Positions 38,995 to 47,937 of a stretch of 64,000 nt of DNA are shown one piece after another. How positions within the stretch are numbered: position 1 is the stretch's first letter; every line of letters starts with the position of its first letter. This DNA comes from Deltaproteobacteria bacterium (lineage in GTDB: Bacteria > Desulfobacterota > Binatia > UBA12015). The position numbers and the translations under genes were made by a program. A model generated the notes under the pieces. It had not been told where the DNA came from and made no database searches. It was given only the letters and a program-made list of their open reading frames with translations. The DNA lies in NCBI GenBank assembly GCA_029262355.1, contig JAJCZO010000297.1, positions 21,055 through 85,054 on the forward strand, given 5' to 3'.

Positions 38995-40838
38995 GGCCGC
39001 GGCCGGTTGCGCGGTGTCGCGTGGTCCAGAACGAGGGCGTCGAGTCGGGTGCCCATCTGTGCTTTCGTCGCACCGTGCGCCTCGTCGGCCGCCAGGTTCT
39101 CCATCTCGAAGGGGTCAGCCTCGAGGTCGTACAGTTCTTCGGTAACGCCTGCGTCGGTGTCGGTGCGAATGTACTTCCAGTTGCGGGTTCGCAGGGTGAG
39201 ACTGGGCTTCGCGAATAGTCCACCCGGCGTTTCGACCAGCACCTCCTCGCGGCCGAGAGCTTCTCCGGCGAACGTGGGTACCAGACTTCGTCCAGGGCCC
39301 GTCGGGGTGCGGTCCAGTGTAGCGAGGTCTCCGAAGGTCTCAGCGAGGTCGACGTTTAGAGCGAGGTCGTCGTTCGATCGCGGTGCTCCGACGAGTCGTG
39401 GATACCGAATGACGAGTGGCACCCGGATCGCTTCGTCGTATCCGGCGAACTTCGACGAAAGTCCGTGTTCCCCCCAGAAGTGACCGTTGTCGGAGGTGAA
39501 GACGAAGACCGTTTCGTCGGTCAGGCCGAGCCGTTCGAGGCGATCGGAGAGCCCGCCGACGGCATCATCCACCGCCAGCAGTGAGCGGAGTTGTGCGAGT
39601 CGTAGATCGTCGACGCGCTTCACCCCCTTGGGATTCACGATGCTCCGAAGGAAGCGGACCCACGTGGGCTTGTCGCTCACGTCTTCCTCGTTCCAACTCG
39701 GGGGGCGCCAGGGGTCCACGTCGGAGAGGCTCCGCGCGTGGCGCTTCGCGGGAATTGCCGGCTGATGCGGAGCGGTCGCGCCGAGCCAGAGCAGGAAGGG
39801 CTCGCCGGCGCTGGCGTCGAGGAAGGCGAGTGCTTTCTCACGGAGGCGGTCGGTGACCTCGTCGAACTCGGTCGCCGGCAGGGTTTCTGCACCACCCCCG
39901 TCACGAAACCGCAGGCTGGGGAAGACTCCCTCCGGTCCAGGCATCGCCTTTTGCAACGCGTACCACTCGTCCCACCCTCCGGGGACGGCGTCGCCAAGGT
40001 CGGCGAGGTAGATGCCGAACAACCCGGTGCGATATCCGGCGGCGTGCAGCCGCGGCGCGATGCTCGTCGCCTCGGCGAATGATCCCGCAGCTTCGGCGTT
40101 GTTCGACACCCCATTGTTCGATGCGTATTCGCCCGAGAGGAATGCGGCGCGGCTGGGCGCGCAGATTGGCGTATTCACGAACGCGTTGCGGTAGCGGATG
40201 CCGCGAGCAGCGAGGTCGTTCGTGACGCGAGGCATGTGCGCGAGCGTGTCCCATCGCTGGTCGTCGGTCATGACGACGACGAAGTTCGGCGAGATGGGTG
40301 TTGGCGCAAGGCGGTTCGCGATCTCGGACGCGGCGCCCCGCACGCATCGTGCCGCCGCCCGTGCATCGAACGGGTCGCCCGCCTCGCCGCCGATGTGAGC
40401 GCAGGGGGCGCCGAGTGTGGGCACGACGGTGGACTCGGGCGGCGCGGGTGCCCTGGGGCGCACACGTAGCCCCCGACAGGCCTCGACGATGGGGTCCATC
40501 GCGCGCGCGTGGCGTGTGGCGCGCTGCCCGCGGCTGATCTCGACCAAGCGCGCGGCGAGGAACTGGGTTGCGGCATCGCGGATGGAGTCTCGGCATCGAC
40601 GCTCGGCCGCGGAGAGATCGTCGTCTTGGCAGCTTGGAGCGACGAGCTCCGCCGTGGCTGCGATCAGTGGCGGAGCACAGGCGGGCTTCGTTGGTGGCTC
40701 GGCGGAGCAGCGTGGCATCGACACGAGGAGCGCGGCGGCGGCCTTCGGCACATCCGCCGCGGTGCATCGAACGGACGAAGCGGGCCAAGCTTCGGCGCTC
40801 CAAAGAACGCTGGCGAGCACCAGCACTGTCCACAACAT
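38991..40838 (-). CDS. Sulfatase (formylglycine-dependent, C-A-P-S-R) with ~150-aa Cys-containing N-terminal extension
   Basis: Canonical motif NTPICAPSRAAFLSGEY with a signal peptide from ATG 40838 (MLWTVLVLASVLWSAEA). The ORF-track extension to 41510 is Arg-rich antisense of the ferredoxin and sucD genes. Confidence 0.8.
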   Translation of the reverse strand: MLWTVLVLASVLWSAEAWPASSVRCTAADVPKAAAALLVSMPRCSAEPPTKPACAPPLIAATAELVAPSCQDDDLSAAERRCRDSIRDAATQFLAARLVEISRGQRATRHARAMDPIVEACRGLRVRPRAPAPPESTVVPTLGAPCAHIGGEAGDPFDARAAARCVRGAASEIANRLAPTPISPNFVVVMTDDQRWDTLAHMPRVTNDLAARGIRYRNAFVNTPICAPSRAAFLSGEYASNNGVSNNAEAAGSFAEATSIAPRLHAAGYRTGLFGIYLADLGDAVPGGWDEWYALQKAMPGPEGVFPSLRFRDGGGAETLPATEFDEVTDRLREKALAFLDASAGEPFLLWLGATAPHQPAIPAKRHARSLSDVDPWRPPSWNEEDVSDKPTWVRFLRSIVNPKGVKRVDDLRLAQLRSLLAVDDAVGGLSDRLERLGLTDETVFVFTSDNGHFWGEHGLSSKFAGYDEAIRVPLVIRYPRLVGAPRSNDDLALNVDLAETFGDLATLDRTPTGPGRSLVPTFAGEALGREEVLVETPGGLFAKPSLTLRTRNWKYIRTDTDAGVTEELYDLEADPFEMENLAADEAHGATKAQMGTRLDALVLDHATPRNRPRP

Positions 40839-40914
40839 TGGTCGAGCGTGCCCGAAACCTGCGAACGGTGCACGCCGCTTCCGCAGGCAGGGGCGCAACG
40901 ATCGTCTCCGCGCC

Positions 40915-41139
40915 TTACGATTCGTACAGCTTGATGACCCGGACCTTGCCGTCGGGCGCGGCCTGAATGCAGAGGTCGCAGAGCACACACTCGTCGAGGT
41001 TCTTGTCGACGATCTGCAGTGCGCCGTCTTCCGACTGCGCGAAAATGTCGACGGCGCACACGTCGACCAGCTTCTTGGAGAGATCGCGGTCCTGAGCGAC
41101 CGCGTCATCCACTTGGACGTCGATGAACATTCCGGCCAT
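40915..41139 (-). CDS. Small ferredoxin-like protein (Cys4: C-x32-C-x2-C-x2-C), tentative
   Basis: 74-aa ORF immediately downstream of sucD with a 1-nt gap. It has a CVLCDLC cluster plus an upstream Cys and protein-like composition. Confidence 0.4.
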   Translation of the reverse strand: MAGMFIDVQVDDAVAQDRDLSKKLVDVCAVDIFAQSEDGALQIVDKNLDECVLCDLCIQAAPDGKVRVIKLYES

Positions 41140-41140
41140 G

Positions 41141-42052
41141 TCAGTTCCCCTTTTCCTCGAGCCGCTTCTTCAAGAGGGCCGGGATCTCTTCGATTCGTTC
41201 GGCCACGGAGATTCCCGCGGCTTCCATGCGGTCGATCTTCTCGGCCGTGGTGTCTTCCTTGCCTTCGACGATCGTCCCGGCGTGGCCGAAGCGCATGCCC
41301 TTCATCTCGTCCATGAATCGCCCGGCCATGAAGGCGACGATTGGCAGGCGAGAATTGTGCTCCTTCACCCACTCGGCGAGCTCCGCTTCCATGCGGCCGC
41401 CCGGCTCCGAGTAGATCGCGATCGCCTTGGTCTCGGGGTCGGCCTCGAACAGAGGCATGAGCTCGGCGTACGACGTGCCGACGATGGCGTCGCCGCCGAT
41501 CGAAACGCACGTCGACTGGCCCATGCCGGCGGCCGTCAACGTCGAGGCGATCTCGGTTGTCATGCCGCCGGAGCGGGACATGATGCCGATCGGCCCCTTG
41601 GTGTAGGCCTGTCGGGTGTTGGCTGCCGGGCCGCCGACGCCACCCATCTTGGCTTCGTCCGGCGAGATGATGCCGAGGCAGTTCGGTCCGATGATGCGAG
41701 CCCCGCGCAGATTTGCGAGCTCGACCGCCTGGGCGACTTCGCCGCGGGGGATGTTCTCGGTCACGACGACGATCAGCTTGATGTCGTTCTCGAGCGCCTC
41801 GATCATCGCGTCGACCGTGAACTTGGGCGGCACGGAGATGACGCTGCCCTCGGGCTGGCCCACCTTCTCGACGACGTCACGGACGCAGTCGAAGACCGGT
41901 ACGCCGTAGATGTCGCGCCCCGCGCGACCAGGTGTGACGCCCCCGATGATCTTGGCGCCGTAGTCGAGGTTCTCACGGGTGAGGTTGACGGCCTCGCGGC
42001 CGGTGATGCCCTGCACGATGAAGGGGGTGTCTTTTCGAATCAGGATCGACAT
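41141..42052 (-). CDS. sucD: Succinate--CoA ligase alpha subunit homologue (could be malate thiokinase alpha)
   Basis: MSILIRKDTPFIVQGITGREA N-terminus, CoA-binding Rossmann fold, and the phosphohistidine loop SRSGGMTTE. Confidence 0.9.
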   Translation of the reverse strand: MSILIRKDTPFIVQGITGREAVNLTRENLDYGAKIIGGVTPGRAGRDIYGVPVFDCVRDVVEKVGQPEGSVISVPPKFTVDAMIEALENDIKLIVVVTENIPRGEVAQAVELANLRGARIIGPNCLGIISPDEAKMGGVGGPAANTRQAYTKGPIGIMSRSGGMTTEIASTLTAAGMGQSTCVSIGGDAIVGTSYAELMPLFEADPETKAIAIYSEPGGRMEAELAEWVKEHNSRLPIVAFMAGRFMDEMKGMRFGHAGTIVEGKEDTTAEKIDRMEAAGISVAERIEEIPALLKKRLEEKGN

Positions 42053-43257
42053 CAGCTTGCCTTCAGCTTGGCGACGGCGCGACCAGCCGCCTCGTACATC
42101 GAAACGGAGCGATCGCAGAATTCGACCCCGTGTTTTGCGAGAATCTTGAAGCCTTCTTCTTCCCAGGAGCCCGGAATGCGGAAGATCGTGATGACCTCGC
42201 CCGGATCCTTGCCGGCCTCGATGCAGCCCTTGATCACACCGCGCGCGACCATGTCGACGCGCGTGTTCGAGACTACGTTCATCATGACCGCGATCTTTTG
42301 AACGCCGGGTTTGGAGAGGATCAGTTTGGTGAGGTTGCAGACCTTGCCGACGCTCGGGTTGCCACCGATCTCGCAGTAGTTCGCCGGCTTGCCGCCGTGG
42401 TTGCGAACCGCGTCGAAGAGCGTGAGAGAACCGCCGCCGGCGCCGATGATCAGGCCCAGATCGCCGTCGAACTCCACGACGTTGCCCGCGACGCCGCGGT
42501 GGTCGACTGCGTTCAGGCGCGCCCCCTCCAGCTCGAACGGTGTCGGCGGACGGGCTTGACGGGTCTCGTCGTCACCGATCCCGAGCTCCTTCAGTAGCCC
42601 GGCGTGCTTCCCGCGAGCCTCTGCCTCCATGTCGACATGGCCGTCGAGCACGATGAAGCGGCCGTTCTCGAGCTTGCCGATCGGATTGATCTCGGCAAGC
42701 GTGAGATCGTACTCGAGGAAGAGCTTCGCGAGCTCGAAGACGATCGGGGTCAGCCGATTGAGATCATTCCCGGTCACGCCGGTCTTGCCGACCGCTTCCT
42801 TCGCGAGACGCGGGGTGAGGGGCAGGAACGTCGAGAAGTGTGTGCGCGAGAGGTGCTCGGGGTGAGACTCGGCAACTTCCTCGATGTCGATGCCTCCCAT
42901 GTCGCTGAAGAGCAGCACCGGCAGCTTGCGACGTCCGTCCCAGGTGACCGAGACGAAGTACTCCTGAACCAACTTGCTCTTTGATTCGATCAGGATCGAG
43001 CGGGCCTTCTCTCCGTTCACCACGATGGGAAGGACGTGCTCGAACTTCTCGGCCGCCTCGTCCGGAGTGTCGGCGAACTGGACGGCCCCGGCCTTCATCC
43101 GTCCGCCGGAGAGCACCTGGCTCTTCACGACCACGGGCCCGCCGATCTTCTCGGCGGCGGCTCGGGCCTCCTCCTTCGTCTTCACGACGGCACGCTCGCC
43201 CATGGGTAGGCTGTGCTTCGCGAACAGGGCTTTCGATTCGTACTCGTAGAAGCGCAC
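42052..43257 (-). CDS. sucC: Succinate--CoA ligase beta subunit homologue (ATP-grasp; could be malate thiokinase beta)
   Basis: MRFYEYESKALFAKHSLPMGE N-terminus, an ATP-grasp fold, and the ligase-CoA domain GGGSLTLFDAVRNHGGKPANYCEIGG. Confidence 0.85.
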   Translation of the reverse strand: MRFYEYESKALFAKHSLPMGERAVVKTKEEARAAAEKIGGPVVVKSQVLSGGRMKAGAVQFADTPDEAAEKFEHVLPIVVNGEKARSILIESKSKLVQEYFVSVTWDGRRKLPVLLFSDMGGIDIEEVAESHPEHLSRTHFSTFLPLTPRLAKEAVGKTGVTGNDLNRLTPIVFELAKLFLEYDLTLAEINPIGKLENGRFIVLDGHVDMEAEARGKHAGLLKELGIGDDETRQARPPTPFELEGARLNAVDHRGVAGNVVEFDGDLGLIIGAGGGSLTLFDAVRNHGGKPANYCEIGGNPSVGKVCNLTKLILSKPGVQKIAVMMNVVSNTRVDMVARGVIKGCIEAGKDPGEVITIFRIPGSWEEEGFKILAKHGVEFCDRSVSMYEAAGRAVAKLKAS

Positions 43258-43484
43258 GTTCAGGGGTTCCTTCTCGCCATCGCGATCCGCAGGGTTCTAC
43301 CGGCTGACCCGGTTGGGCAGCCGAACGGAGTACCTACACGAGCCAATTCGCTCCACGCAACGGGGCGGATTGGTTGGCGCCGGCAGAGAAACCACTCAGA
43401 TCGCCACGAGCGGCCGGTCGTCGGTCAGTGACGAAACCCCAATGTTTTCCATGGCCTAGGAGGTTTGCGCGACTTCGCGACACG

Positions 43485-43499
43485 TGGCACCGGCGTTGC
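43485..43499 (+). promoter_or_regulatory. Sigma-54 (RpoN) -24/-12 promoter, exact TGGCAC-N5-TTGC
   Basis: gTGGCACcggcgTTGCg at 43485..43499. A predicted transcription start near 43511 lies about 40 nt upstream of a GGGAG-RBS small ORF. Confidence 0.5.
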
Positions 43500-43550
43500 G
43501 GGGTACTGGCTGCGTCGCAGGCGGGGCGTTCCGCCAGAAGGGAGTGGGAG

Positions 43551-43673
43551 ATGAAACGTCGTGGAGATCTGGTTGGGGGTCGTCGTCTGGCGACGCTGGT
43601 TCGAGCGGCCCTTCTGGTTTTGATCGCGGTTGTGGCAAATGCCGCGGCGGTCGACGCCTACCTGCGATCGTAG
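43551..43673 (+). CDS. Small hydrophobic peptide (40 aa), putative sigma-54-dependent micro-ORF
   Basis: ATG 43551 preceded by AAGGGAGTGGGAG. The peptide MKRRGDLVGGRRLATLVRAALLVLIAVVANAAAVDAYLRS has one TM-like helix. It is convergent with the DUF4838-like gene. Confidence 0.3.
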   Translation: MKRRGDLVGGRRLATLVRAALLVLIAVVANAAAVDAYLRS

Positions 43674-43719
43674 GGCGCGCGGGCAGCGTTCTGGCCGCAT
43701 CGAAGACGTGGGAGTCGAG

Positions 43720-45723
43720 TCACTCCGGCGGCGCCGGCGTGGAGCTCGGAGAGGTCTTCTTGGCGGCCTCTCGAGCGGCCAGGCGCTCGATCTTCGCCGC
43801 GAGCGTGTTGAAATACGCCCGATACGCGTTCGTGAAGCTCGCATCGACGATTCCCTGGTCGAGCTTCACGATGTTGGCCGCGAACTCCTGAACTGCGCCG
43901 TAACGTGCCCGAGCCGTGGCGAGCGCGGCGTCCAGGCCCGGCCGGCCCGCGGCGGCGAGCTTCCGTGCCTTCCGGAGCGACATGCCCGTGGCCATGGTTC
44001 GCTCGGCCAGCTCGTGCCATTTCATGGCCTTGTTCATCCGATGGCGAAGGATCGGATCGTCCGCGACCGCGTCGGCGGCGGGTACGAGCTGCCTCTGGCG
44101 GACGTGGCGGAACAGCTCGCGGTCGGCCGCCTCGCCGGTCCGCCATGCGCGGTAGGCGATCCGGGGATCCGCGGCCAAATCCCGGTAGTATTCCGCCATC
44201 GCAGGGCCCGCCTTGGGCCCGTGGTAGCGGTTCGCATAGTCTGCGAGCAGTTGATCCGGGTCCGTCGACTTGTCGTAGAAGGACCGACCGGCAAGGTAGG
44301 CGTTCAGAGTCTGGCGCCACCAGTACCCGTCGAGGAACAGCAGGTTCAGCATGCCATCGGCACCGTCGTTCAGAAGCAACGCGCGGTCGCCCCGAATCTG
44401 TGTCGTGTAGGGCACCGCCAGCGGAGGGCGGGCGAGATGGTCGCTGTAGTATTGGAATGCGGTCAGTCGTCGATCGAAGACATCGGACCACAGCCTGACC
44501 TTGGGTCCGGTCCGGTCGGTGTCGTAGCCCTTGGCCACCCCTCGACGCCACGCGGCAAAGCGTCCACGAAGAGCGTCGTCTGGCTTCACGAGCTTGGGTG
44601 GATCCTCGACGTGCTGGTAGCCGACGATGGCTTCGACGGTCACGTGCGGCGCCGTCTCCTTCAGAGCGGCAACGACCCGGTTGACGAGATCGAGATAGCG
44701 ATCTGTGGGACTCCGCTCCGAGCATGTTTCGCAGGCGCATGGTTTTGGGGTTCCGCCGTCGAGTGCGCTCAAGGTCAGTACGTCGAGCTCGGGGCGGGCG
44801 CCGACGAAATTCACGACGTTCTCGAGGAAGACCTGGATCGCGCCCTCGTGCGTCCAGCAGAACTGCGCGCCGTATTCGCTGGTGTGGCGGTGGCGCCGGC
44901 CGTTGCGCTCGCCAAACCACTCGGGGTGCTCGATGAAGGTCTCGGTTGAGTCGGGGAAGAAGATGTCGAAGTTGTGACCGGGTGACTGAATCCGCATCCC
45001 GCGTCGCGCGGTTTCTTCTCTCAGCGTCCTTCGGAGCGGGTGGTTGGCGTCGAGCTCGAGCGCACGGTGCTCGAGCGTGTTGTACCGATTCTTTACCGCC
45101 CAATCGATCTGCTTGCGGAGCGCGTCCGGTGTGGGCGGTGCGGTGCGGGCCGCCTTCCGGCTGACGTACCAGATCAGCGCGCGCGTTCTCATGGGTGATG
45201 CGACAGCCCATTGTCCTTCGGGGATCATCGGCTTCTCGCTGGCGGGCCGGACCTCGCCGTCGTTCGGATCGAGTTGGGGATGGAACCATCGCCAGCCGAG
45301 TCGCTCGAGCACGTCGTACGCGCCGTAGACGACGCCACGCGCGTTGTCCCCTCCGATGATCCACAGGGGCGTGCCCTCGGCGGAGGTCGTGATGGCGACC
45401 GCGTAGCCGTCGAAGCCCTCCTCTGGCTTGGGAAGGAGTGCGCGTTCCTGCGTCGGTAGATCTGCGCGGAGGCCGAGTACGATGCGTGCCGCCCCGGGCT
45501 TCGTGGCTCCGCGGTGAGTCTGGTGCCCGGCTGTTTCATCGAGGTAGCGGCCCAGCTCGCCTGCGGCGAACGCGACGGGTGCGTTTTGGCGGGAGTGGTT
45601 CTCGATGACCCAACGTTGATCGTCGGTCGCGCCGATGGCGGGAGCCGCGAGAAGGATCACCGCGGCGAGCGCCGCCACGGTCCGCGGGACGTCTCCATCT
45701 GACGTGCGTACGATGGGAGCCAC
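43720..45723 (-). CDS. Secreted DUF4838-like protein (putative GH20/GH67-like glycoside hydrolase fold)
   Basis: Signal peptide MAPIVRTSDGDVPRTVAALAAVILLAAPAIG in a 667-aa protein. It has a TIM-barrel-like central region with a CxCxxC block (PKPCACETCSE). The family assignment is from recalled pattern only. Confidence 0.45.
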   Translation of the reverse strand: MAPIVRTSDGDVPRTVAALAAVILLAAPAIGATDDQRWVIENHSRQNAPVAFAAGELGRYLDETAGHQTHRGATKPGAARIVLGLRADLPTQERALLPKPEEGFDGYAVAITTSAEGTPLWIIGGDNARGVVYGAYDVLERLGWRWFHPQLDPNDGEVRPASEKPMIPEGQWAVASPMRTRALIWYVSRKAARTAPPTPDALRKQIDWAVKNRYNTLEHRALELDANHPLRRTLREETARRGMRIQSPGHNFDIFFPDSTETFIEHPEWFGERNGRRHRHTSEYGAQFCWTHEGAIQVFLENVVNFVGARPELDVLTLSALDGGTPKPCACETCSERSPTDRYLDLVNRVVAALKETAPHVTVEAIVGYQHVEDPPKLVKPDDALRGRFAAWRRGVAKGYDTDRTGPKVRLWSDVFDRRLTAFQYYSDHLARPPLAVPYTTQIRGDRALLLNDGADGMLNLLFLDGYWWRQTLNAYLAGRSFYDKSTDPDQLLADYANRYHGPKAGPAMAEYYRDLAADPRIAYRAWRTGEAADRELFRHVRQRQLVPAADAVADDPILRHRMNKAMKWHELAERTMATGMSLRKARKLAAAGRPGLDAALATARARYGAVQEFAANIVKLDQGIVDASFTNAYRAYFNTLAAKIERLAAREAAKKTSPSSTPAPPE

Positions 45724-45903
45724 GCTAGCACCGTGCGCATAGGATGGCAGACGACTCGTACGCCCGGCCCATCGCGGGTCTATCGGCCGTTGGGCCTCAT
45801 TTCGCGGCGGCCGTCGGCTTGGGCGCGGCGAGGATGGCAGTGCGTTCCTCTGCGCGGTGTGCGCCCCATCGAGAGAACGACGTCGGGATCCATGGCTGAT
45901 GTT

Positions 45904-46767
45904 CTACCGGGAGGGACGTCCGGCGCGTGCGAGCACCCGCCGTTGTTGCGCGACCACCGGTGCGTCGACCAACTTGCCGTCGATCGTACAAACGCCGACG
46001 CCGCGTTGGCGGGCTTCGTCGAATCCGTCGATCACTCTCGTCGCATAGTCGATCTGATCGGCCGACGGGGTGTAGACCTCGTTCGCGATCTCGGCTTGGC
46101 GGGGATGGATGCAGAGCCGCCCCTCGTAGCCCAGGGACAACCCCAGCGCGGTATCGGCGCGAAATGCCGCTTCGTCGCGCACCGCGAGGTGGACGCAGTC
46201 GATCGGTGCTCTCGCGAGTGCCTTGGCGGCGATCGCGACCCCGCAGCGAGCGTGGTGGACCACCGCGTTCGCGGTATCCGCTTGGGTCAGGCCCATCTGC
46301 AGGGAGAAATCCGCGTGGCCGAAACACACCCCGTGCACTTGCGGGGTCGCGCCGGCGACCGCGAGCGCGTCGGCCACGCCGAGGGGGCTCTCGATGAGCA
46401 ACAGGAGAGTGGTCGCCTGGCCGAGCTTGGATGCGACGGACGCGATGTCGTGTGCGCGCTCGGCCTTCGGAAGCATGACGGTCGTCGCCCCGGCCGCGAG
46501 GACCGAAGCGACGTCGTCTTCGAAGAAGGGCGTGCCCGGGGGGTTGATCCGCACGGCGGGCTCGGAGCTTCCGAACCCGCCCGCGCCGAGTGCTTCGGCG
46601 ACGCAGGCACGGGCATCTTGCTTTCCCTCCGGCGCGATCGCGTCCTCGAGGTCGAGCACCACCGTGTCGGCTGCCGACGCGCGGGCTCTATCGATCTTGC
46701 GCGGATCTCCGCCCGGTACGAACAGCACGGACCGCCGCAGGCGCGGCGTGTTGCTTACGCTTCCCAT
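45904..46767 (-). CDS. HpcH/HpaI aldolase - citrate lyase beta (CitE)-like protein (malyl-CoA lyase/thioesterase family)
   Basis: [32 protein letters not shown] is the CitE-family N-terminal signature. It is 287 aa. Confidence 0.8.
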   Translation of the reverse strand: MGSVSNTPRLRRSVLFVPGGDPRKIDRARASAADTVVLDLEDAIAPEGKQDARACVAEALGAGGFGSSEPAVRINPPGTPFFEDDVASVLAAGATTVMLPKAERAHDIASVASKLGQATTLLLLIESPLGVADALAVAGATPQVHGVCFGHADFSLQMGLTQADTANAVVHHARCGVAIAAKALARAPIDCVHLAVRDEAAFRADTALGLSLGYEGRLCIHPRQAEIANEVYTPSADQIDYATRVIDGFDEARQRGVGVCTIDGKLVDAPVVAQQRRVLARAGRPSR

Positions 46768-46849
46768 TACCGTTCCTTCTTATACCTGGCGTTCGGGAAG
46801 CCCAATGCCCGGCTCGCCGGGCCCCCCGGTTTTGCTATGCTTCTCGGTC

Positions 46850-47905
46850 ATGCGTAGCGCGAAAGATTTCTTCCAGCCGATGGCCATTGGCGCTCCTCCG
46901 CCGGTCCGAGAGATTCCGTTCACTCCGTCGCGGATGATCCACTTCTTCGATCCGAGCAATCCGAAGATGGCATCCAAGGTCGGTGGCATCGCGAAGAAGT
47001 GCGACGTGCTTCTCGGCAATCTCGAGGACGCGATTCAAGCCGACAACAAGCTCGCCGCGCGCCAGGGGCTCATCCGGATCGGTAAGGAAACCGAGTTCGG
47101 CGACTGCCAGCTCTGGACCCGCATCAACAGCCTCGATTCGCCGTGGATGCTCGACGACGTGACGGAACTCGTGGCGGAGATCGGCGACAAGCTCGACGTC
47201 ATCATGGTGCCCAAGGTCGAGGGCGCGTGGGACATTCACTACATGGATCGTCTTCTCGCCCAGCTCGAAGCGCGGGCCGGCCTGAAGAAGCCGCTGCTCA
47301 TCCACGCGATTCTCGAGACCGCCACTGGCGTCGCGAACGTAGAGGAGATCTGTGGGGCAAGCCCTCGCATGCAGGGACTCTCACTCGGTCCGGCCGACCT
47401 CGCTGCCTCGCGTCGCATGAAGACGACGCGGGTTGGCGGCGGCCACCCGGGTTACATCGTGCGAGCCGATCCCGATCCAAGCGACGCAGACGCGCCGCGG
47501 CCGTCGGTGCAGCAGGATCTCTGGCACTACACACTCGCGCGAATGGTCGACGCGTGTGCTGCGCACGGCATCCTGCCGTACTATGGCCCCTTCGGCGATA
47601 TCAAGGACACGATCGCGTGTGAGGATCAGTTCCGCAATGCGTTTCTCATGGGATGCGTTGGCGCATGGTCTCTTCATCCCGTTCAGATCGACATCGCGCG
47701 GACGGTCTTCAGCCCGCCAGCGGACGAGGTGCTGTGGGCGAAACGGGTCATCAAGGAGATGGGAGATGGCACCGGTGCGGTCATGATCGACGGCAAGATG
47801 CAGGACGATGCGACGTACAAGCAGTGCCGGGTCATGGTCGATCTCGCAGACAAACTGTCGGCGAACGATCCGGAGCTTGCCAAGGCGTACACGCCGGCGG
47901 ACTGA
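46850..47905 (+). CDS. CitE-like lyase, longer form (L-malyl-CoA/beta-methylmalyl-CoA lyase-like)
   Basis: ATG 46850, 351 aa, with a TIM-barrel CitE/Mcl-like layout ([18 protein letters not shown]...[11 protein letters not shown]). The ORF-track N-terminal extension is antisense of the divergent CitE gene. Confidence 0.75.
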   Translation: MRSAKDFFQPMAIGAPPPVREIPFTPSRMIHFFDPSNPKMASKVGGIAKKCDVLLGNLEDAIQADNKLAARQGLIRIGKETEFGDCQLWTRINSLDSPWMLDDVTELVAEIGDKLDVIMVPKVEGAWDIHYMDRLLAQLEARAGLKKPLLIHAILETATGVANVEEICGASPRMQGLSLGPADLAASRRMKTTRVGGGHPGYIVRADPDPSDADAPRPSVQQDLWHYTLARMVDACAAHGILPYYGPFGDIKDTIACEDQFRNAFLMGCVGAWSLHPVQIDIARTVFSPPADEVLWAKRVIKEMGDGTGAVMIDGKMQDDATYKQCRVMVDLADKLSANDPELAKAYTPAD

Positions 47906-47937
47906 CCCGAACACTTTGCGGGGGCGCGGGAGGCTTC

